A stretch of 64,000 nucleotides of DNA from Oculina patagonica (lineage: Eukaryota): NCBI RefSeq assembly GCF_052425735.1, contig NC_135769.1:18910001-18974000 (forward strand), in the 5' to 3' direction. Position numbers and translations under genes: made by a program. This document shows, in pieces, positions 38,896 to 50,400 of the stretch. Numbering within the stretch: the stretch's first letter is position 1; the number at the start of each line of letters is the position of its first letter. The notes beneath the pieces are model-generated. The model had not been told where the DNA came from, did not search any database, and worked only from the letters and a program-made list of their open reading frames with translations.

Positions 38896-41800
38896 AACAT
38901 TGGTTCAGTATTTGCATAATAAGTTTTTTATACATCGCCAGTCTCTAGGGATGTTCCCAATGTTAAATAAACTTGTGGGAAATGCACATGCTCATTCACA
39001 CAGTTAATGTCCTGGATAGAATGTAGCGCTTCTAAGAATAGGCGTTGTTGACTATTGTTGACATTTCTTTCTAAAATTTCTACATAATCTGGATGAATGT
39101 CATGGTCTGTTGTTTCCGCGTGAAATCTTATCGCGCTTTCGTTATTAGATCTTGTGCCTGGCTTGTGTTTCTAATTATATATGTGCCTGGCTTGTGCTCC
39201 TAATTATATCTTTGTTTTTTTTTTTTTTTTAGATCGCTTTCCCTCCTCTCTTCACTGATGTCCCTTACAAGAGTTAACAATCATAACTTATTGTTGCACC
39301 AAGATTCTTTAAACGTAACCATGGATACCGTTCCTTCCTAAGTTCTTTCTCACAGTGTAACAGCTGATAGGGACTTTGTTGTAATGACACTTTGCTAGAT
39401 GTTATAAATATTGCAATTTTTACGCTATTTTGTTTTATTTGTCCAACGTCTCACCAACGCCGTGTTTATGAGTCTCCAAGCAAAACATGATTAAGTTTCC
39501 TAATCACATTTAACTTCAAGACCCTGAAGAATCGAGAAAAATTCAACATCGTTAAAACGTCTCATAAAGCAACGAAACGTCTGCATCAAAACACTGAAAA
39601 TATTTCAAACTGGCAAACGACGCTGTCAGTAAGTCACAGTGTATTCTTTGTCAACATTTTTCAGAAAACATTTAGACACGGCATGAAATATGCACGGTTG
39701 TACGATCCTGTACACTTGTACATTTTGTGTGTGCTAAAAAAAGTTTGATGTAAAAAAGGTTAACTTTGATATTAGATTTTGTACTGTCAGTCTGTCATGT
39801 TCTGTGACCTTCGCGCATGTTTATATAAGAAACCATTGTCGCAATAAAGTAGAAATTTCCTTATGCATTTGTGTTGTTGGGTCTCTGTTATGTTTTCTTG
39901 TTGTTGTTCTTGTTTTTTTTTTCAGGAATTACGAAACAGATATTTAAAGGAGCTATGTAAAGATATATAATGTCTTCCTTTTTGCGTCGTACAAAATTAC
40001 TTTTTAACCGAGAAAAACACCCTAAAGCCTAATAGCTCTGGATGGGATGCTAGTCGCCGGTTTCACCGCGGTCAAACGTCTCAGGCAGCTTTTATTTCCA
40101 TTTTGGCGTTTTTTGTTCATATTGAAGTGTTAGTATGAACAAGGATAGACAAAATAGTTGCTGAGTGTAAACATATTCCCATTTCCTCAGGTAAACGAGT
40201 GTTTTTACTTTTTAAATGTTCCGCATCTGAACCAAAGTGCTTTGACAAATGGCATCGACAAGTCCGCATATCGCTATTTTCAAACACGTAGAACTTTTTT
40301 AGTAAAGCTCCAAAAAACTTAGTAAACCCTTATGGTTCAGATGCGGAACATTTGAACTGTGAAAATTAAAACCTTATCTTTGCAGTACTTTCCTTTTTTT
40401 TGCATATTTCTGTTGTTTGACCGCGGTCGAGTCGCCGGTACCGCTCGCCGGGAGCGCTCGATCCGGAGTCCAGCGCACTAATCATTAGGCTACCGCGCCT
40501 CCCATACCCTTAAAGGTAATAATAAACCTTGAGATGGAATATGTACGAAGAACGTAATACGTAACTTCCAATACAGTAAAAACCCGCGTATAAGAACCTA
40601 ACATTTAAGAACCTGTTAGGCTAAAATTTCATTTTTAAGCACCCTTCACATAAGAACCATTTTAGGCTAAAATTCTAAAACAGGTTCTTATTTTCAAAAA
40701 AGAAAAAATTATCTTCTCAAAAAGATCTTCTCAAAAATATATCTATAACACAGTCTCTACACATTATGGTTACAGCATAGTTACATAAAACTTGTCCTCC
40801 TTCAATATAATTATTTTATTATTATTATTTCTTGAACAAAAGTTAAGAACCTAGTTAGCCTAATTTTACACTAAATACCATTTATATAAGAACCTGTTTA
40901 GGCTAACTTGAAATAACCTAGGTTCTTATACGCGGGTTTTTACTGTAACTTCAATTGTAAAGAAACGAACAATGGAAAGAGTAATATGAAGTATGGGATA
41001 ACGTCGCAATCACGGTATGGTACTCGAGGGGGAGAGCATATAATTGGCGAGTGAAAACCGGAATGGTCGCCGGCACGGAAAAGAGAAATCGGTAGAAACA
41101 TTACTGATTTGCCTTTGCCCGTTAGTGATCTCGCCCAACTCAATTGTATGCCCCTGGGTCACTTGGGATGTAATTAGTTCTCAGTACCAATTAGCTGAAC
41201 TTCATTACAGTAGATGATCGTGCCGCTTCTCATTTTATAAAGCTCAAATTGCTTATACGAGTATTAAACGTGTCATTTCTGTGCTGTGTGCCTAGTGTCC
41301 ACTGATTTGTCTCTGTTTAGTTTAGCCCTCTGTACCAAAAAGCTAAGCTTATGCTTTTGTTGTCGAACTAATAACTGGCATCTTAAAGATCGGCGTTAAT
41401 TGTATGGTGTTAATCAATCATTTGGTTTTTCACTTAAAAGTTGTTTGGTGGGTTATGTAAGAAGTTAGGCACGTTTTTTGGCAAAGATTTTGTGATTGAC
41501 TTAATTGCACATGTGGACACGAAATAAAATCGTAATCCAACGCATTAGTTTGAATTTCGGCAATATGACAATGGGCTGTTTTGTTAAATCATTTCCCTTT
41601 AGAAAATATCGTTGCTCGTCATTTATTAGAATGCCTTGAGCCCTACTTCTTCATTTTCAAACTTTTTTCTCCAATATTTCCTGAAAATTAATAGCGTTTT
41701 TTTTTCGTTATTTTATTGGGCCTGTCATAAAAATTGATAAAATTCTAATGAGCTCACGATCATGAAAACAATTTTATTTTTAGAATTTAATTAACACTGA

Positions 41801-43034
41801 AGTAACATAAATTTTAATAACTGGCTGAAACTGTCCGACTTTTTGTCTTTTCGGCTTTTGGTTATGTGCAGCCGACTAAAACTTGAAATAATTTTCCCGT
41901 TCCCGCATAGCGAAAGTTATTAAATACTGGAAGTCGACTTCTGCAACTATTTTTACGCTCCATTAACATCAACTGTCTATACTTCAACCTTTCTTTGAAA
42001 GAAGTCAGAAAGGTCGTGAAAGAGTTATAAATAAGCTTAGATTTTCATTTTGCTTCGAGCTGTTCCTAAACAATAAAAGCGACAACCGAAAAAGGAACAA
42101 TACAAAGTAATTTTTTTCGGCAACTTTAGTTTGTATGACAGGGTGGACATTGCAATATCATGTGTGATGAATAAGCCCCATTATTTGCAAATTAAACCCC
42201 TCTTAACAAGGTGCTGGTTTTGTTTACTGTATGAAGAACGTGAAATTAGCTTGAAAAGTTACAAGCAAAATTGTGAGGAGCGAGCCCTTTTAGTTGAAAA
42301 ACGAAACATCTAGATCTTTTCTAAAAGAAGCCCTTTAAATGTTTTTTCGTCCTTCAAAAAGAAATCATTTTAGAACGATCAGGTCCATTTCAGAAAAACA
42401 AACTACTTAAAGAAACAAAAGTCGGCGAGGGCAAAGAAAACTGTCTGCATAAATTTTAATGATTATCTAATTCACTAATCCTCACCAACAAAAGCGAAGT
42501 GGAATCATTTAGATATCATTCTCTTACTGTTTATTCGCGTATACCGGTGAATGTCAGTTATTTGTCTTGAGCTCGAACTCAAAAAGCGATCGTTTACGGT
42601 TCGGGATAACTGATATCAACTTTCCATAGAAGAAGGTTTTTAGCTGTAGGCGAAAAAAAGAACGTGCCGATAATTGATTATTGCACGGTTGAAAAGGCTC
42701 TTTTTTGGCTCGCCTAATGACATCTGAATTTTTTGTTTCGTGCAGTTAATAAACCCAACGCCGAGCCTTTACATAACAATTTAGTCCACAAGGGAATAAT
42801 CTTGTTGGCTTTTAATTGGCTACTAGCTTTCTCATTATCGACAGACAGCCAACTTGTCCAAATCCTTCTTGAATGAGTCTTTTGCATAACAGAGATTATG
42901 CCAAGTGGCTGATTTGAAGCTCATAATCGCTTCACTTCCTAACGAGACGTTCTTGTTGTTGTGCAATGTGGGAGCCCTTGTTTCCAGGCAAAAGAAATTT
43001 TCACGGAAACTTTCGAGATTAGTGTATTCCTGTC

Positions 43035-46000
43035 ATGGATCCGGTCACATCCATGAAAATTATCGTTTTTCCGAGCCTTGAAGACAAGATTTTTGTTGGG
43101 GACAAGAGAGGGTTTTGCCCGGCGTCTTCAAGCGTGTTTAACAAGCCAACAAAGTCGGGAGTCCTTCTCGACGGCAGACAAACAAAAAATGGCGAACGAA
43201 CTGAATTGAGAATTCTAGCAGACGAACGAAAGAATTGCAAGAACAGAAGACAATTTAGCTGCCCGAAAATCATCGATTTTAACACGCTGAAATCGTTCCA
43301 AGAAATTCAACCCATGCACAAACCCAGACGCATCTTCAATGGGTTCTTCCCTTCCAGGGTCAGATCAACAACTACTGGTTTACCGAGTGCTTATAAAGAA
43401 GGACAAGTAAGTTCGAGCTTTTTTACCTTTCTGATATAACGTTAATAGAAGGGGATACTTAATAAGATGATTAAAACGTTTAGTCTCCACAATCGAAGTT
43501 GCCATGCGACACAGTGTGTTATCAGCGGGGGCAACCCATTCGGAAATATTACAGACGACCTTTAAAAATTGTGTTTCGCTGCTCACGGAAGAGCGGGCTT
43601 ATTTTAGCATAGTTTTTCCTGACTGAGTTGAATACAGAATTTTTTGAGTTATCCCGTTGAGCCTTTCGAATAATCATTTTGGATCTTTCAAAACGACTAC
43701 AAAAGCTTTTCTTACGCTTAAGTACGCATGATTTAATCTGAAAGGCATTTTGCCTAATGCAACATAGCCTTTAGCTTTGATCGAATTTTATAGAAATGCG
43801 GTATATTCTGCGTTATATAAATACGTTTTTGAGGTTTGAATAAGAATTACTGACACTACTTCAGTTTATAAGGGTTAAATAGCACCAGCTTGTAAAATGG
43901 TTTACATAGTATCCACACTCTTATGCAATGTATGTGAGCGCGTTGGCCTTGCATTGAAAATCATTCTTCAAAGCAACCTACACTAACATTCGATCCGAAA
44001 AGGAAAACGTTATGGTCGTAGTGAAAATACTGGAATAACTAAGATGTCGTGAGCTTTTTGTAGGGATCAAAGTCTTTCTTGTTTATATTGCTAGATGGCG
44101 CTTTTACTTTAACGAGACGTTATGGGGAAAATTAAATCTTTCGAAGAACAGATTCGTTCACCAAAGCTTCCGTAGAATTTGTATTTTCCCGAAAATCTAG
44201 CTACAGCGTAGTCGGCCTTTTTTTCGTACTTGACGTAGCACCCTTTAGATTCCTGGCGACTTCAGTTTTTGTAGAAAAGAAAGTCGATTTTATTCTTAAA
44301 AATAACAGAGAATTCTAAATTGATGTCTGAAGGCAACTCATATCCTCCGTTATATGCCGCTGATATAGTAGGAAGCAATCAATATCTGAAAATTATTTTC
44401 TTTCTCTTTGATATGCCTTCAAACTGCGACAGAACATTTTTACATGTATATAACTTACCAGACAGTTTTTTCATTGTTTTTATGAAGAAAAAGGCAAACA
44501 TTTTAATTATTTTAGCACGATCTGTATATTAAGAGATCATATATTGATTACTACGTGGCGACAGTTATTAGATCTTCGTCGCAATTATCATTGCAGGCTT
44601 TCTTATGATAGTAATATAACTTTTTTGTTGTTGGTTAGTCGAAAGTAATTTTATCATGATAGGAAAGAAAACTATCTTGCTAGCAGAGCCTTTCTTAACT
44701 CCACGCAGGGTGCAAAAAATTCGAAAACCTTCACTATTGCCTTCGCCTAGAAGGTTGAAAAAAGAAATATCATTGATATTGTTTTATCGGGGTTCTGGTT
44801 TTTTTTTTAAGAACGGGAAGTAAAATAGTCGCCAAACATCTTAAGATCGAAACAACATCATCGTTTTAATCCCATGTCAGTTTACACAAAGACTAGGACT
44901 GGGAAACTAAACAGTTCAAATTGATTGGGTTGAGACCCACAGTCTACTGAGACCTACTGAGTTTTTGTAGCTTGATAGTGAAGAGAACTAAATTTAAAGA
45001 TTTAATCGAGAAAAAGTGAGCTATTCCGGAACTGAGGACAATTTTCTTTCTGATCAGCAAAAAGCACCGTGTCCGACTAACTGAGCAACTGACTGACTTT
45101 ACTGTTCTAATTGTATGTCGAGCTGTGTAGCATGGTGTCGCTGGCAGGTTCCACCGCTGAGTAAAGGTGAAGTCTTGTCAGATGCAAGCGTTCACAATAA
45201 AATGAGTTTTCTGAGGTCTTCGAAGTTGTTCACAATCGCAGTTATTTCTGTGCACGCTTTTGCTAGTCATTATCACTTCCTAATGCGAATTGTCGAGTAC
45301 CACTATTCTCAAAAAGAAGCCATAATTATTTATTGAGTTTTAGAGTGTCTAAAAATCATGCGCAAACTAAACAAACTTCGTTAAAAATAATATTACAGAA
45401 AGTAAGCATGGCGTGTTTATTTTTCCCGCGAACGGCAAGAATTATACTTCTGCCGTCTGCAGTTTGGCGTTTCATACGCGGAAATGAGTAGTTTTTGTTT
45501 GTCGTGAATGTGGGATTTTTTCCCTATTTTTATGAGGGATTAATTTAAGAATTCGATAAAATGGTAACAAAATGAAAGGCAAGCTCGCGTTTGCCGTTAG
45601 CCGTATAACGTCATGCTTAACCTCTTTGCGATTTTCCGGCAGCCTGTAATATTCTGGGCATTCAAAAGATAATCCCAGTAGTGAAGTAGTCATTCTTTTT
45701 GTAAAACGTCACTTAACACTTACGTTTTTTTTCCTATTTTTAAGGAAACTACACTTGAAGAGCTCGTTCCCAATCCAAACTGTCCACCTTGTCAAGACGG
45801 GGCAGTGCTCTCTCGCACCGCGACTTCAAGGAACAGCAGTTTACGATCCGAGCCGATCACATTGCCGAGTGAATCCGAGCCCCGACTGTCACCACGGCTA
45901 AACACAAAAACAGACTCGAGGAGGGTGGTGTACTCGTTGAGAAATGGCTCTCCCTCTCCCTGGGTCGACAGATACAAGCTCAAACAGAAGTCAATTTCAG

Positions 46001-46074
46001 CATCGACATTTGTGGATCTTAAAAACCGTACAGGCACTGCTGAAGATCCGCCAGTTCGAGGATTTTCAAGATAG
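43035..46074 (+). CDS. Duplicate/allele of the uncharacterised protein; join(43035..43406,45745..46074)
   Basis: Same splice sites and same translation as 33561..36598. Confidence 0.5.
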
Positions 46075-46924
46075 TAATTAATTTATGGACTAATAATAAA
46101 AGAATAGTTATTTGTTTTGTTAAAGTGAAACAAGAATTCAAGTGTCTAAATTATGAATGTTGTCTTTTTCCATGAAGGGGAAGTTAGGTCATCTTTCTTT
46201 TCGGGATTCAAAATGAAGGCCTTTGCCATCCTCACAGGTTTTAAGTTATTGTCAGAAATGAGCTTCTTTGGCCGTGATAAAAAAGTAATATAAATAATAA
46301 GAATGAGCATTTTATTTATAAAGAATGTGACGTACTTTTTACCGATAACTGAACAGCAATGTTTCGTTTTATGTACTTAAATCAGTTGTTGTGCGGGTGT
46401 GTGTTTCCTTTCGAGGAGAACTTTTAAAAAAATGGGTTCTGTAGATTTTAAATAGCATAATGCGACAGTTTTAGACAGACAGGTCCATGTAAATAAATGA
46501 AACAAAATAACTGAATTAAAGGGAAATGTTACGAGTTTTATTTTCTGTGTGTCAGTTTGATGATTAAGATAAGTAAATGTAGCGCGCGAGGAAAATGCGT
46601 GCTCTCTACGCCCTGATCAGTCCCCTCGTTGAAAATCACGGCTTACATTACCATTTGGTACATGATTCTCATGCCGGAAAATCTACCGTTAAATTCCGAA
46701 ATAAAGACCCCCCCCCGTCCCGGAAAATAAACTCCCAAATTTCTGACGCAAAAACCCTTCCGATAATAAGCTCTCCCAAATATAAGCCAATGGGCTTATA
46801 TTCAGTTATAACTCTTACAGAATTGAAAAGATATAACTTTTCCTGTCATTAAAGATGTGAATATTGTTCATCGTGGTGTAAGATAGGTAATGAACGTTTA
46901 TTCGTTTGTCTCACGATAGAATCG

Positions 46925-47400
46925 CTTTGAGATGTTGATCGCGACGTTTCGACTGCAATACTGCTAGTCTTCATCAGGCGATGAGGTCGATTGTTTACGC
47001 GTCGCTGTTTATGCACGTTGGTTCGCTGTGATTGGTGCATTTCGATCCTCATTATTATTCCGACTAACAGATGGTGTTCCCTCATAGGTCCGCTTTGTAG
47101 TTGAACGGCTGTTATGCTTTCTGATCGTAGGTATCCATGCTTCAGGAATTTCATTTCCGCTATCTCTATTGATGTTATTAGAATGAAGTCTTATTTGGAT
47201 AGCCTCTTTGACCCTGCGTGTGTATCGGTGAGGGTCACGATCGATAAACTTGACTTGATTCCATAAAGGAATATGCCCCGTTTCGTTTGCGTGCTCCGAA
47301 ACTGCGGAGTTTTGTGTATGAGCAAGCCTTATGTCTCTGTCGTGTTCTTTCATCCTGTCTTGCATCGCTCTCCCTGTTTCCCTTATATATACTTTGCCGA
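46925..47400 (-). mobile_element. Penelope-like retroelement 3' remnant (GIY-YIG endonuclease C-terminal part plus pLTR), 5'-truncated at the satellite edge
   Basis: GKVYIRETGRAMQDRMKEH...SAVSEHANETGH...RRVKEAIQIRL...NINRDSG matches the PLE GIY-YIG (YIGETGR, R..EH, EH...GH, E...I, NRD.G). Confidence 0.85.
46938..46982 (-). ncRNA. Hammerhead ribozyme motif (duplicate of 37490..37534)
   Basis: Same ATCGC-CTGATGAA-GACT...AGTC-GAAACGTC-GCGAT. Confidence 0.8.
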
Positions 47401-47414
47401 TAGTGACTGCAAAA

Positions 47415-50400
47415 GTACAGTTTGGGCGTTTTTGGAAAGATGCCAACACATGGATTCAGCCTTATGTTCACTCCAGGTCCAAACAAATCGAACAAGAAAT
47501 TGCACCATAAGGCACTGAAAATAGCGACCTGGGACCCATGTGTTGAAATACTACCATGTAGATTAAACCTTCTTTTAATACAGAATCAGCTAAACTTGCA
47601 GTTTGAGACTTAAAATGCACAGTGTGGGCCTTTTTGGACGAACGCCAACACGTGGATTCGGCCGACTGTTCACTCCAAGTCTAGAAGAATCGAACGAGAA
47701 ATTGCTACATGAGGCACTGAAAATGACGATTTTGGGCCCTTGTGATAGAATACGTCCACGTTAATTAAAGCTTATTTTCACTCCAGATCCAGCAAAACCA
47801 GCCAGTTAGAGACTTGAAATGTACCGTTTGGGCCTCTTTGGAAAAATGTCAACACGTGGATTCAGCCTAATTTTCATTCCAGGTCGAAAGAATCAATACG
47901 AAAAAGCTACATGAGGCACTAAAAATGTTGAAATACCACCACGTACACTGAAGGTTATTTTCACTCCACATCCAGCAAAACCTGCCGGTTTGAGACTTTT
48001 AATATACATGCTGTGTCTTTTTGGAAAAATCTCAACACGTGGATTTACCCTAATGCTCACTCCAGTAAAGAAAACGAATACGAAAGTGATTTTGGGCTCT
48101 TGTATTGAAATACCACCACGTAGATAAAAGCTTCCTATCCCTCCAGATCTAGCACAACATGCCAGTTTGAGAATATAAATGTACAATTTGGGCTTTTTTG
48201 GAAAAATGCCACCACAAAGATTAAAGCTTATTTCTACTTTAGATCCAGCAAAACCTTCCAGTTTGAGACTATAAATGTACAGTTTTGGCTTTGTCGGAAA
48301 AATACCAACACGTGGATTCAGCCTCATATTAACCCCCAGCTCCAAAAGAATCGAATAAGAAAGTGCTACATGAGGCACTGAAAATAACGATTTTGGGCTA
48401 TTGTGTTGAAATACCACCGCGTAGATTAAGGCTTATTTTTACTCCAGATCCAGCAAAACCTGTCAGCTTGAGACTTGAAATGTACAGTTTGGGCCTTGTT
48501 GGAAAAACGCCAACACCTGGATACGGCCAAAGGTTCACTCCAGGTCCAAAAGAATCTAACAAGAAAGTGCTACATGAGGCACTGAAAATGACGATTTTGG
48601 GCCCTTATGATGGAATATTTCTACGTTGATTAAAGCTTATTGTTCAGTACAAATCCAGCAAAACCTGCCAATTTGAGACTTGAAATATCCAGTTTGGGCC
48701 TTTTTGAAAAATGCCAACACTTGGATATAGCCTTATGTTCACTCCAGGACCTAAAGAATCGAATAAAAAAGTAATACATGACGCACTAAAAATGACGATC
48801 GTTTAGCCGTGTTGAAATACAACCACGTAAAAAAAGCTTATTTTCAGTCCAGATCCAACAAAAGCTGGCAATTTGTTTGGCAGTTTCGGCCTTTTTTGAA
48901 AAATGCCAACACGTGGATTTAGCCAAATGTTCTTTCCTTGTCGAGAGAATCGAATAAGAACAAACTACATGAAACATTAAAAATGACGATTTTGGTTCCT
49001 TGTGTTGAAATACCACCACGAAGATTAAAGCTTATTTTCACTTTAGATCCCGTAGTAATCTTCATTTCAGGTGAAAGAATCGAAAACAAAAGCAACATAA
49101 GGAACTGAAACCTACGATTTTGGGCCCTTGTGTTGAAATACCACCTTAAAGCTTATTTTCACTCCAGATCCAGCACAACAGGCAACTTTTAGACTTGAAA
49201 TGTATAGTTTGGGTCTTTATGGAAATCTGCCATTACGTGGATTTATCCTACTTTTCATACTAGGACCAAAACACTGAAATAAGAAAAGTGCTAAACAAGC
49301 AACTGAAAATGACGATTTTGGGCCTTGGTGTTGAAATACCACCACGTATATTAAAGCTTATTTTCACTCGAGCTCCAGCAAAACAGGCCAGTCTGAGACT
49401 TTACATGTACAGTTTGGGTCGATCTCAAAATCCTCCATCACCTGGATTCATCCAAATTTTCACTCCAGGTTTAAAACAATGGAGTAAGAAAAGCGCTACA
49501 AGAGCAACTGAAAATGACAATTTTGGGCCCATGCGTTATAATACCACCATGTAGATTAAAGCTTATTTTCACTCCAGATCAAGCAAAACTGGCCGGTTTA
49601 AGACTTAAAAAAAGCCGTTTGGGTCTTTTTGGAAATCCGCCATCACGTGGATTCATCCTAATTTTCACTCCAGCACTAAAACAATGGAATTAGAAACATG
49701 CTGCACAGGCAACTGAAAATGACGATTTTGGGCCCTTGTGTTGAAATACCACCAAGTAGATTAAAGCTTATTTTCACTTCAGATCCAGAAAAACCGGCCA
49801 GTTTAAGACTTGAAAAGTACAGTTTGGGTCTTTTTGAAAATTTGCCATCACGAAGATTTATTCTAATTGTCAATCCAGACCCAAAACAATGGATTAAGAA
49901 AAGTGCTACACAAGAAACTGAAAATGACGTTTTTGGGCCTTGAGTTAAAATCCCACCACGCAGATTAAAGCTTATTTTTACTTCAGATCCAGCGAAACTG
50001 GCCGGTTAAACACTTGAAATTTACAGTTTGGGTCTTTTAGAAAATCCGCCATCACGTAGATTCATCCTAATTGTAACATTAGGTCCAAGACAATGGATTA
50101 AGTAAAGTGCAACACAAGCAACTGAAAATGACGATTTTGGGCCCTTGTGTTGAAATACTACCACGAATATTAAAACTTATTGTCACCCCAGATCAAGCAA
50201 AAATTCCAAGTTTAAGACTTGAAATGTACAGTTTGGGTCTTTTTGAATATCCGCTATCACGTGGATTCATCCTAATTCTCACTCAAGGTACAAAACAGTA
50301 GATTAAGAAACGTGCTACAAGAGGAACTGAAAATGACGATTTTGGGCCCTTGTGTTGAAATACCACCACGAAGATTAAAACTTATTGTCATCCCAGATCC

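Larger units (their letters stand above)
38443..47379 (+). repeat. Copy 2 of the direct duplication
   Basis: Collinear with 28545-37942; lacks the foldback and the 198-bp MITE. Confidence 0.95.

Noticed and set aside
38443-47379. True recent gene duplication of the orphan gene
   Set aside because: A round-number gap and breakpoints at repeat edges favour uncollapsed haplotypes; cannot be excluded without read data
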